The position numbers and the translations under genes are program-made. The notes beneath the pieces were generated by a model that did no database searches, was not told where the DNA came from, and was given only the letters and a program-made list of their open reading frames with translations. 64,000 nucleotides of DNA, from contig OZ059899.1 in assembly GCA_964057225.1 (NCBI GenBank), positions 21,018,001-21,082,000 on the forward strand, read 5' to 3'. Below, piece by piece: positions 1 to 12,285 of this stretch. The stretch's first letter is position 1. Each line of letters opens with the position of its first letter. Source of the stretch: Auanema rhodensis. Taxonomy: Eukaryota; Animalia; Nematoda.

Positions 1-351
1 TGTAGTATAGTACATTCGATGCGGATTTTCAAGCTGCGTCGATCTGTGTTATCAGATTTGCGCTAGCTTAAAAATGCACCAAGATATCAACTGATATAAG
101 TTCACACTTATATCCTCGATTTTCACCCTGAAGAATTAATTTTTTCGTTGAATAACATTGTTCATCGTCTTTGCCTTGAAAAAAGGAATCTAAAAACATC
201 TACTTTTTGCTAAATTATTCTGAAATTTTTCGAAAAAATTTTTGTCAAAATGTTTTTGGAAGCAATGTTGAGTGTACATGGAAACTCAACATACACTAAT
301 GCATCATTTTTCAAACGATCATTACTAATTTTTGTATTAAGCGTTTCTCAA

Positions 352-2106
352 TGTAGTATAGTGCATTCAATGCAGATTTTTAAGCTGCGTCGATCTGTGT
401 TATCAGATTTGCGCTAGCTTAAAAATGCACCGAGATATCAACTGATATAAGTTCACACTTATATCCTCGATTTTCACCCTGAAGAATTAATTTTTTCGTT
501 GAATAACATTGTCCATCGTCTTTGCCTTGAAAAAAGGAATCTAAAAACATCTACTTTTTGCTAAATTATTTTGAAATTTTTTGAAAAAATTTTTGTCAAA
601 ATGTTTTTGGAAGCAATGTTGAGTGTACATGGAAACTCAACATACACTAATGCATCATTTTTCAAACGATCATAACTAATTTTTGTATTAAGCGTTTCTC
701 AATGTAGTATAGTGCATTCGATGCGGATTTTTAAGCTGCGTCGATCTGTGTTATCATATTTGCGCTAGCTTAATAATGCACCGAGATATCAACTGATATA
801 AGTTCACACTTATATCCTCAATTTTCACCCTGAAGAATTAATTTTTTCGTTGAATAACATTGTTCATCGTCTTTGCCTTGAAAAAAGAAATCTAAAAACA
901 TCTACTTTTTGCTAAATTATTCTGAAATTTTTCGAAAAAATTTTTGTCAAAATGTTTTTGGAAGCAATGTTGAGTGTACATGGAAACTCAACATACACTA
1001 ATGCATCATTTTTCAAACGATCATAACTAATTTTTGTATTAAGCGTTTCTCAATGTAGTATAGTGCATTCGATGCAGATTTTTAAGCTGCGTCGATCTGT
1101 GTTATCAGATTTGCGCTAGCTTAAAAATGCACCGAGATATCAACTGATATAAGTTCACACTTATATCCTCGATTTTCACCCTGAAGAATTAATTTTTTCG
1201 TTGAATAACATTGTCCATCGTCTTTGCCTTGAAAAAAGGAATCTAAAAACATCTACTTTTTGCTAAATTATTTTGAAATTTTTTGAAAAAATTTTTGTCA
1301 AAATGTTTTTGGAAGCAATGTTGAGTGTACATGGAAACTCAACATACACTAATGCATCATTTTTCAAACGATCATAACTAATTTTTGTATTAAGCGTTTT
1401 TCAATGTAGTACAGTGCATTCGATGCGGATTTTTAAGCTGCGTCGATCTGTGTTATCATATTTGCGCTAGCTTAATAATGCACCGAGATATCAACTGATA
1501 TAAGTTCACACTTATATCCTCAATTTTCACCCTGAAGAATTAATTTTATCGTTGAATAACATTGTTCATCGTCTTTGCCTTGAAAAAAGGAATCTAAAAA
1601 CATCTACTTTTTGCTAAATTATTCTGAAATTTTTCGAAAAAATTTTTGTCAAAATGTTTTTGGAAGCAATGTTGAGTGTACATGGAAACTCAACATACAC
1701 TAATGCATCATTTTTCAAACGATCATAACTAATTTTTGTATTAAGCGTTTCTCAATGTAGTATAGTGCATTCGATGCAGATTTTTAAGCTGCGTCGATCT
1801 GTGTTATCAGATTTGCGCTAGCTTAAAAATGCACCGAGATATCAACTGATATAAGTTCACACTTATATCCTCGATTTTCACCCTGAAGAATTAATTTTTT
1901 CGTTGAATAACATTGTCCATCGTCTTTGCCTTGAAAAAAGGAATCTAAAAACATCTACTTTTTGCTAAATTATTTTGAAATTTTTTGAAAAAATTTTTGT
2001 CAAAATGTTTTTGGAAGCAATGTTGAGTGTACATGGAAACTCAACATACACTAATGCATCATTTTTCAAACGATCATAACTAATTTTTGTATTAAGCGTT
2101 TCTCAA
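352..2106. repeat. Local 2-mer higher-order repeat (702 bp)
   Basis: Monomers at 352, 1054, 1756 share TGCAG and 231T. Monomers at 703, 1405 share CATAT, TAATAATG, CTCAA, GTTCAT and TTCTG. Confidence 0.85.
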
Positions 2107-5100
2107 TGTAGTATAGTGCATTCGATGCGGATTTTTAAGCTGCGTCGATCTGTGTTATCATATTTGCGCTAGCTTAAAAATGCACCGAGATATCAACTGA
2201 TATAAGTTCACACTTATATCCTCAATTTTCACCCTGAAGAATTAATTTTTTCGTTGAATAACATTGTCCATCGTCTTTGCCTTGAAAAAAGGAATCTAAA
2301 AACATCTACTTTTTGCTAAAATATTTTGAAATTTTTCGAAAGAATTTTTGTCAAAATGTTTTTGGAAGCAATGTTGAGTGTACATGGAAACTCAACGTAC
2401 ACTAATGCATCATTTTTCAAACGATCATAACTAATTTTTGTAGTAAGCGTTTCTCAATGTAGTATAGTGCATTCGATGCGGATTTTTAAGCTGCGTCGAT
2501 CTGTGTTATCAGATTTGCGCTAGCTTAAAAATGCACCGAGATATCAACTGATATAAGTTCACACTTATATCCTCGATTTTCACCCTGAAGAATTAATTTT
2601 TTCGTTGAATAACATTGTCCATCGTCTTTGCCTTAAAAAAAGGAATCTAAAAACATCTACTTTTTGCTAAATTATTTTGAAATTTTTCGAAAAAATTTTT
2701 GTCAAAATGTTTTTGGAAGCAATGTTGAGTGTACATGGAAACTCAACATACACTAATGCATCATTTTTCAAACGATCATAACTAATTTTTGTATTAAGCG
2801 TTTCTCAATGTAGTATAGTGCATTCGATGCGGATTTTTAAGCTGCGTCGATCTGTGCTATCAGATTTGCGCTAGCTTAAAAATGCACCTAGATATCAACT
2901 GATATAAGTTCACACTTATATCCTCGATTTTCACCCTGAAGAATTAATTTTTTCGTTGAATAACATTGTCCATCGTCTTTGCCTTGAAAAAAGGAATCTA
3001 AAAACATTTACTTTTTGCTAAATTATTTTGAAATTTTTCGAAAAAATTTTTGTCAAAATGTTTTTGGAAGCAATGTTGAGTGTACATGGAAACTCAACAT
3101 ACACTAATGCATCATTTTTCAAACGATCATAACTAATTTTTGTATTAAGCGTTTCTCAATGTAGTATAGTGCATTCGATGCGGATTTTTAAGCTGCGTCG
3201 ATCTGTGCTATCAGATTTGCGCTAGCCTAAAAATGCACCTAGATATCAACTGATATAAGTTCACACTTATATCCTCGATTTTCACCCTGAAGAATTAATT
3301 TTTTCGTTGAATAACATTGTCCATCGTCTTTGCCTTGAAAAAAGGAATCTAAAAACATCTACTTTTTGCTGAATTATTTTGAAATTTTTCGAAAAAATTT
3401 TTGTAAAAATGTTTTTGGAAGCAATGTTGAGTGTACATGGAAACTCAACATACACTAAGGCATCATTTTTCAAACGATCATAACTAATTTTTGTATTAAG
3501 CGTTTCTCAATGTAGTATAGTACATTCGATGCGGATTTTCAAGCTGCGTCGATCTGTGTTATCAGATTTGCGCTAGCTTAAAAATGCACCGAGATATCAA
3601 CTGATATAAGTTCACACTTATATCCTCGATTTTCACCCTGAAGAATTAATTTTTTCGTTGAATAACATTGTTCATCGTCTTTGCCTTGAAAAAAGGAATC
3701 TAAAAACATCTACTTTTTGCTAAATTATTTTGAAATTTTTCGAAAAAATTTTTGTCAAAATGTTTTTGGAAGCAATGTTGAGTGTACATGGAAACTCAAC
3801 ATACACTAATGCATCATTTTTCAAACGATCATAACTAATTTTTGTATTAAGCGTTTCTCAATGTAGTATAGTGCATTCGATGCGGATTTTTAAGCTGCGT
3901 CGATCTGTGTTATCATATTTGCGCTAGCTTAAAAATGCACCGAGATATCAACTGATATAAGTTCACACTTATATCCTCAATTTTCACCCTGAAGAATTAA
4001 TTTTTTCGTTGAATAACATTGTCCATCGTCTTTGCCTTGAAAAAAGGAATCTAAAAACATCTACTTTTTGCTAAATTATTTTGAAATTTTTCGAAAAAAT
4101 TTTTGTCAAAATGTTTTTGGAAGCAATGTTGAGTGTACATGGAAACTCAACGTACACTAATGCATCATTTTTCAAACGATCATAACTAATTTTTGTATTA
4201 AGCGTTTCTCAATGTAGTATAGTGCATTCGATGCGGATTTTTAAGCTGCGTCGATCTGTGTTATCAGATTTGCGCTAGCTTAAAAATGCACCGAGATATC
4301 AACTGATATAAGTTCACACTTATATCCTCGATTTTCACCCTGAAGAATTAATTTTTTCGTTGAATAACATTGTCCATCGTCTTTGCCTTAAAAAAAGGAA
4401 TCTAAAAACATCTACTTTTTGCTAAATTATTTTGAAATTTTTCGAAAAAATTTTTGTCAAAATGTTTTTGGAAGCAATGTTGAGTGTACATGGAAACTCA
4501 ACATACACTAATGCATCATTTTTCAAACGATCATAACTAATTTTTGTATTAAGCGTTTCTCAATGTAGTATAGTGCATTCGATGCGGATTTTTAAGCTGC
4601 GTCGATCTGTGTTATCAGATTTGCGCTAGCTTAAAAATGCACCTAGATATCAACTGATATAAGTTCACACTTATATCCTCGATTTTCACCCTGAAGAATT
4701 AATTTTTTCGTTGAATAACATTGTCCATCGTCTTTGCCTTGAAAAAAGGAATCTAAAAACATCTACTTTTTGCTAAATTATTTTGAAATTTTTCGAAAAA
4801 ATTTTTGTCAAAATGTTTTTGGAAGCAATGTTGAGTGTACATGGAAACTCAACATACACTAAGGCATCATTTTTCAAACGATCATAACTAATTTTTGTAT
4901 TAAGCGTTTTTCAATGTAGTATAGTACATTCGATGCGGATTTTCAAGCTGCGTCGATCTGTGTTATCAGATTTGCGCTAGCTTAAAAATGCACCGAGATA
5001 TCAACTTATATAAGTTCACACATATATCCTCGATTTTCACCCTGAAGAAAATATTTTTTCGTTGAATAACATTGTTCATCGTCTTTGCCTTGAAAAAAGG

Positions 5101-8100
5101 AATCTAAAAACATCTACTTTTTGCTAAATTATTCTGAAATTTTTCGAAAAAATTTTTGTCAAAATGTTTTTGGAAGCAATGTTGAGTGTACATGGAAACT
5201 CAACATACACTAATGCATCATTTTTCAAACGATCATAACTAATTTTTGTATTAAGCGTTTCTCAATGTAGTATAGTGCATTCGATGCGGATTTTTAAGCT
5301 GCGTCGATCTGTGTTATCAGATTTGCGCTAGCTTAAAAATGCACCGAGATATCAACTGATATAAGTTCACACTTATATCCTCGATTTTCACCCTGAAGAA
5401 TTAATTTTTTCGTTGAATAACATTGTTCATCGTCTTTGTCTTGAAAAAAGGAATCTAAAAACATCTACTTTTTGCTAAATTATTCTGAAATTTTTCGAAA
5501 AAATTTTTGTCAAAATGTTTTTGGAAGCAATGTTGAGTGTACATGGAAACTCAACATACACTAATGCATCATTTTTCAAACGATCATAACTAATTTTTGT
5601 ATTAAGCGTTTCTCAATGTAGTATAGTGCATTCGATGCGGATTTTTAAGCTGCGTCGATCTGTGTTATCAGATTTGCGCTAGCTTAAAAATGCACCGAGA
5701 TATCAACTGATATAAGTTCACACTTATATCCTCAATTTTCACCCTGAAGAATTAATTTTTTCGTTGAATAACATTGTCCATCGTCTTTGCCTTGAAAAAA
5801 GGAATCTAAAAACATCTACTTTTTGCTAAATTATTTTGAAATTTTTCGAAAAAATTTTTGTCAAAATGTTTTTGGAAGCAATGTTGAGTGTACATGGAAA
5901 CTCAACGTACACTAATGCATCATTTTTCAAACGATCATAACTAATTTTTGTATTAAGCGTTTCTCAAAGTAGTATAGTGCATTCGATGCGGATTTTTAAG
6001 CTGCGTCGATCTGTGTTATCAGATTTGCGCTAGCTTAAAAATGCACCGAGATATCAACTGATATAAGTTCACACTTATATCCTCGATTTTCACCCTGAAG
6101 AATTAATTTTTTCGTTGAATAACATTGTCCATCGTCTTTGCCTTAAAAAAAGGAATCTAAAAACATCTACTTTTTGCTAAATTATTTTGAAATTTTTCGA
6201 AAAAATTTTTGTCAAAATGTTTTTGGAAGCAATGTTGAGTGTACATGGAAACTCAACATACACTAAGGCATCATTTTTCAAACGATCATAACTAATTTTT
6301 GTATTAAGCGTTTCTCAATGTAGTATAGTGCATTCGATGCGGATTTTTAAGCTGCGTCGATCTGTGTTATCAGATTTGCGCTAGCTTAAAAATGCACCGA
6401 GATATCAACTGATATAAGTTCACACTTATATCCTCGATTTTCACCCTGAAGAATTAATTTTTTCGTTGATTAACATTGTCCATCGTCTTTGCCTTGAAAA
6501 AAGGAATCTAAAAACATCTACTTTTTGCTAAATTATTTTGAAATTTTTCGAAAAAATTTTTGTCAAAATGTTTTTGGAAGCAATGTTGAGTGTACATGGA
6601 CACTCAACATACACTAATGCATCATTTTTCAAACGATCATAACTAATTTTTGTATTAAGCGTTTCTCAATGTTGTATAGTGCATTCGATGCGGATTTTTA
6701 AGCTGCGTCGATCTGTGTTATCAGATTTGCGCTAGCTTAAAAATGCACCGAGATATCAACTGATATAAGTTCACACTTATATCCTCGATTTTCACCCTGA
6801 AGAATTAATTTTTTCGTTGAATAACATTGTCCATCGTCTTTGCCTTGAAAAAAGGAATCTAAAAACATCTACTTTTTGCTAAATTATTCTGAAATTTTTC
6901 GAAAAAATTTTTGTCAAAATGTTTTTGGAAGCAATGTTGAGTGTACATGGAAACGCAACATACACTAAGGCATCATTTTTCAAACGATCATAACTAATTT
7001 TTGTATTAAGCGTTTCTCAATGTAGTATAGTGCATTCGATGCGGATTTTTAAGCTGCGTCGATCTGTGTTATCATATTTGCGCTAGCTTAAAAATGCACC
7101 GAGATATCAACTGATATAAGTTCACACTTATATCCTCAATTTTCACCCTGAAGAATTAATTTTTTCGTTGAATAACATTGTCCATCGTCTTTGCCTTGAA
7201 AAAAGGAATCTAAAAACATCTACTTTTTGCTAAATTATTTTGAAATTTTTTGAAAAAATTTTTGTCAAAATGTTTTTGGAAGCAATGTTGAGTGTACATG
7301 GAAACTCAACATACACTAAGGCATCATTTTTCAAACGATCATAACTAATTTTTGTATTAAGCGTTTCTCAATGTAGTATAGTACATTCGATGCGGATTTT
7401 CAAGCTGCGTCGATCTGTGTTATCAGATTTGCGCTAGCTTAAAAATGCACCGAGATATCAACTGATATAAGTTCACACTTATATCCTCGATTTTCACCCT
7501 GAAGAATTAATTTTTTCGTTGAATAACATTGTTCATCGTCTTTGCCTTGAAAAAAGGAATCTAAAAACATCTACTTTTCGCTAAATTATTTTGAAATTTT
7601 TTGAAAAAATTTTTGTCAAAATGTTTTTGGAAGCAATGTTGAGTGTACATGGAAACTCAACATACACTAATGCATCATTTTTCAAACGATCATAACTAAT
7701 TTTTGTATTAAGCGTTTCTCAATGTAGTATAGTGCATTCGATGCGGATTTTTAAGCTGCGTCGATCTGTGTTATCATATTTGCGCTAGCTTAAAAATGCA
7801 CCGAGATATCAACTGATATAAGTTCACACTTATATCCTCAATTTTCACCCTGAAGAATTAATTTTTTCGTTGAATAACATTGTTCATCGTCTTTGCCTTG
7901 AAAAAAGAAATCTAAAAACATCTACTTTTTGCTAAATTATTTTGAAATTTTTCGAAAAAATTTTTGTCAAAATGTTTTTGGAAGCAATGTTGAGTGTACA
8001 TGGAAACTCAACGTACACTAATGCATCATTTTTCAAACGATCATAACTAATTTTTGTATTAAGCGTTTCTCAATGTAGTATAGTGCATTCGATGCGGATT

Positions 8101-11100
8101 TTTAAGCTGCGTCGATCTGTGTTATCAGATTTGCGCTAGCTTAAAAATGCACCGAGATATCAACTGATATAAGTTCACACTTATATCCTCGATTTTCACC
8201 CTGAAGAATTAACTTTTTCGTTGAATAACATTGTCCATCGTCTTTGCCTTGAAAAAAGGAATCTAAAAACATCTACTTTTTGCTAAATTATTTTGAAATT
8301 TTTCGGAAAAATTTTTGTCAAAATGTTTTTGGAAGCAATGTTGAGTGTACATGGAAACTCAACATACACTAATTCATCATTTTTCAAACGATCATAACTA
8401 ATTTTTGTATTAAGCGTTTTTCAATGTAGTACAGTGCATTCGATGCGGATTTTTAAGCTGCGTCGATCTGTGTTATCATATTTGCGCTAGCTTAAAAATG
8501 CACCGAGATATCAACTGATATAAGTTCACACTTATATCCTCAATTTTCACCCTGAAGAATTAATTTTTTCGTTGAATAACATTGTCCATCGTCTTTGCCT
8601 TGAAAAAAGGAATCTAAAAACATCTACTTTTTGCTAAATTATTTTGAAATTTTTCGAAAAAATTTTTGTCAAAATGTTTTTGGAAGCAATGTTGAGTGTA
8701 CATGGAAACTCAACATACACTAAGGCATCATTTTTCAAACGATCATAACTAATTTTTGTATTAAGCGTTTCTCAATGTAGTATAGAACATTCGATGCGGA
8801 TTTTCAAGCTGCGTCGATCTGTGTTATCAGATTTGCGCTAGCTTAAAAATGCACCGAGATATCAACTGATATAAGTTCACACTTATATCCTCGATTTTCA
8901 CCCTGAAGAATTAATTTTTTCGTTGAATAACATTGTTCATCGTCTTTGCCTTGAAAAAAGGAATCTAAAAACATCTACTTTTCGCTAAATTATTTTGAAA
9001 TTTTTTGAAAAAATTTTTGTCAAAATGTTTTTGGAAGCAATGTTGAGTGTACATGGAAACTCAACATACACTAATGCATCATTTTTCAAACGATCATAAC
9101 TAATTTTTGTATTAAGCGTTTCTCAATGTAGTATAGTGCATTCGATGCGGATTTTTAAGCTGCGTCGATCTGTGTTATCAGATTTGCGCTAGCTTAAAAA
9201 TGCACCGAGATATCAACTAATATAAGTTCACACTTATATCCTCAATTTTCACCCTGAAGAATTAATTTTTTCGTTGAATAACATTGTCCATCGTCTTTGC
9301 CTTGAAAAAAGGAATCTAAAAACATCTACTTTTTGCTAAATTATTTTGAAATTTTTCGAAAAAATTTTTGTCAAAATGTTTTTGGAAGCAATGTTGAGTG
9401 TACATGGAAACTCAACATACACTAAGGCATCATTTTTCAAACGATCATAACTAATTTTTGTATTAAGCGTTTCTCAATGTAGTATAGTACATTCGATGCG
9501 GATTTTCAAGCTGCGTCGATCTGTGTTATCAGATTTGCGCTAGCTTAAAAATGCACCGAGATATCAACTGATATAAGTTCACACTTATATCCTCGATTTT
9601 CACCCTGAAGAATTAATTTTTTCGTTGAATAACATTGTCCATCGTCTTTGCCTTGAAAAAAGAAATCTAAAAACATCTACTTTCTGCTAAATTATTTTGA
9701 AATTTTTCGAAAAAATTTTTGTCAAAATGTTTTTGGAAGCAATGTTGAGTGTACATGGAAACTCAACGTACACTAATGCATCATTTTTCAAACGATCATA
9801 ACTAATTTTTGTATTAAGCGTTTCTCAATGTAGTATAATGCATTCGATGCGGATTTTTAAGCTGCGTCGATCTGTGTTATCAGATTTGCGCTAGCTTAAA
9901 AATGCACCGAGATATCAACTGATATAAGTTCACACTTATATCCTCGATTTTCACCCGGAAGAATTAATTTTTTCGTTGAATAACATTGTCCATCGTCTTT
10001 GCCTTGAAAAAAGGAATCTAAAAACATCTACTTTTTGCTAAATTATTTTGAAATTTTTTGAAAAAATTTTTGTCAAAATGTTTTTGGAAGCAATGTTGAG
10101 TGTACATGGAAACTCAACATACACTAATGCATCATTTTTCAAACGATCATAACTAATTTTTGTATTAAGCGTTTCTCAATGTAGTATAGTGCATTCGATG
10201 CGGATTTTTAAGCTGCGTCGATCTGTGTTATCAGATTTGCGCTAGCTTAAAAATGCACCGAGATATCAACTGATATAAGTTCACACTTATATCCTCGATT
10301 TTCACCCTGAAGAATTAATTTTTTCGTTGAATAACATTGTCCATCGTCTTTGCCTTGAAAAAAGGAATCTAAAAACATCTACTTTTTGCTAAATTATTTT
10401 GAAATTTTTCGGAAAAATTTTTGTCAAAATGTTTTTGGAAGCAATGTTGAGTGTACATGGAAACTCAACATACACTAATTCATCATTTTTCAAACGATCA
10501 TAACTAATTTTTGTATTAAGCGTTTTTCAATGTAGTACAGTGCATTCGATGCGGATTTTTAAGCTGCGTCGATCTGTGTTATCATATTTGCGCTAGCTTA
10601 AAAATGCACCGAGATATCAACTGATATAAGTTCACACTTATATCCTCAATTTTCACCCTGAAGAATTAATTTTTTCGTTGAATAACATTGTCCATCGTCT
10701 TTGCCTTGAAAAAAGGAATCTAAAAACATCTACTTTTTGCTAAATTATTTTGAAATTTTTCGAAAAAATTTTTGTCAAAATGTTTTTGGAAGCAATGTTG
10801 AGTGTACATGGAAACTCAACATACACTAAGGCATCATTTTTCAAACGATCATAACTAATTTTTGTATTAAGCGTTTCTCAATGTAGTATAGTACATTCGA
10901 TGCGGATTTTCAAGCTGCGTCGATCTGTGTTATCAGATTTGCGCTAGCTTAAAAATGCACCGAGATATCAACTGATATAAGTTCACACTTATATCCTCGA
11001 TTTTCACCCTGAAGAATTAATTTTTTCGTTGAATAACATTGTCCATCGTCTTTGCCTTGAAAAAAGAAATCTAAAAACATCTACTTTCTGCTAAATTATT

Positions 11101-11958
11101 TTGAAATTTTTCGAAAAAATTTTTGTCAAAATGTTTTTGGAAGCAATGTTGAGTGTACATGGAAACTCAACGTACACTAATGCATCATTTTTCAAACGAT
11201 CATAACTAATTTTTGTATTAAGCGTTTCTCAATGTAGTATAATGCATTCGATGCGGATTTTTAAGCTGCGTCGATCTGTGTTATCAGATTTGCGCTAGCT
11301 TAAAAATGCACCGAGATATCAACTGATATAAGTTCACACTTATATCCTCGATTTTCACCCGGAAGAATTAATTTTTTCGTTGAATAACATTGTCCATCGT
11401 CTTTGCCTTAAAAAAAGGAATCTAAAAACATCTACTTTTTGCTGAATTATTTTGAAATTTTTTGAAAAAATTTTTGTCAAAATGTTTTTGGAAGCAATGT
11501 TGAGTGTACATGGAAACTCAACATACACTAATGCATCATTTTTCAAACGATCATAACTAATTTTTGTATTAAGCGTTTCTCAATGTAGTATAGTGCATTC
11601 GATGCGGATTTTTAAGCTGCGTCGATCTGTGTTATCAGATTTGCGCTAGCTTAAAAATGCACCGAGATATCAACTAATATAAGTTCACACTTATATCCTC
11701 GATTTTCACCCTGAAGAATTAATTTTTTCGTTGAATAACAAAGTCCATCGTCTTTGCCTTGAAAAAAGGAATCTAAAAACATCTACTTTTTGCTAAATTA
11801 TTCTGAAATTTTTTGAAAAAATTTTTGTCAAAATGTTTTTGGAAGCAATGTTGAGTGTACATGGAAACTCAACATACACTAATGCATCATTTTTCAAACG
11901 ATCATAACTAATTTTTGTATCAAGCGTTTCTCAATGTAGTATAGTGCATTCGATGCGG

Positions 11959-12009
11959 ATTTTTAAGCTGCGTCGATCTGTGTTATCAGATTTGCGCTAG
12001 CTTAAAAAT
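11959..12009. other. Dyad 1 (monomer pos 25-75): 11-bp inverted repeat ATTTTTAAGCT / AGCTTAAAAAT with inner GCG/CGC and ATCTG/CAGAT pairings; present in most monomers
   Basis: Direct reverse-complement match read from the sequence. Outer GTGCAT (10-15) / ATGCAC (74-79) offers an alternative pairing. Confidence 0.9.
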
Positions 12010-12026
12010 GCACCGAGATATCAACT

Positions 12027-12048
12027 GATATAAGTTCACACTTATATC
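12027..12048. other. Dyad 2 (pos 93-114): perfect 9-bp inverted repeat GATATAAGT-tcac-ACTTATATC
   Basis: Direct reverse-complement match with a 4-nt loop, flanked by CGAG (80-83) / CTCG (115-118). Confidence 0.92.
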
Positions 12049-12150
12049 CTCGATTTTCACCCTGAAGAATTAATTTTTTCGTTGAATAACATTGTCCATC
12101 GTCTTTGCCTTGAAAAAAGGAATCTAAAAACATCTACTTTTTGCTAAATT

Positions 12151-12185
12151 ATTTTGAAATTTTTCGAAAAAATTTTTGTCAAAAT
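12151..12185. other. Dyad 3 (pos 217-251): A/T-tract palindrome AAATTTTT(C/T)GAAAAAATTT with outer ATTTTGA / TCAAAAT arms
   Basis: The T allele at pos 231 gives the perfect AAATTTTTT-G-AAAAAATTT. AAAAACAT (192-199) is also complementary to ATGTTTTT (250-257). Confidence 0.85.
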
Positions 12186-12198
12186 GTTTTTGGAAGCA

Positions 12199-12226
12199 AT
12201 GTTGAGTGTACATGGAAACTCAACAT
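12199..12226. other. Dyad 4 (pos 265-292): perfect 9-bp inverted repeat ATGTTGAGT-gtacatggaa-ACTCAACAT
   Basis: Direct reverse-complement match with a 10-nt loop. Confidence 0.92.
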
Positions 12227-12285
12227 ACACTAATGCATCATTTTTCAAACGATCATAACTAATTTTTGTATTAAGCGTTTCTCAA

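Larger units (their letters stand above)
11935..12285 (+). repeat. Representative consensus-like 351-bp monomer
   Basis: Carries none of the recurrent subfamily-diagnostic variants. Hand count of the consensus gives 53 G + 57 C of 351 (~31% GC) and 12 CpG. Confidence 0.9.

Noticed and set aside
3-110. tRNA/Pol III promoter-like motifs (TAGTATAGTG A-box-like; ATTCGATGC and GTTCACAC B-box-like)
   Set aside because: Spacing is wrong, matches are degenerate, T-runs intervene, and no cloverleaf forms.
143-159. CENP-B box-like TTTCGTTGAATAACATT
   Set aside because: It matches only the 5' half. The essential CGGG is missing, and the T8GG allele destroys the motif in many monomers.
128-290. Hammerhead ribozyme core (CTGAAGA at 128-134 plus several GAAA), as in newt, schistosome and cave-cricket satellites
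   Set aside because: I could not form stem II between CUGAAGA and any downstream GAAA, nor find a stem I partner after a UH site. The minus strand lacks CUGANGA. An Infernal/RNAMotif search on a dimer would settle it.
1-351. Monomer as a clear sequence dimer of ~175-bp subunits
   Set aside because: Only weak AT-rich similarity between the halves (e.g. TTAATTTTTTCGTTGAA versus CTAATTTTTGTATTAA, offset ~189). Not supportable by eye.
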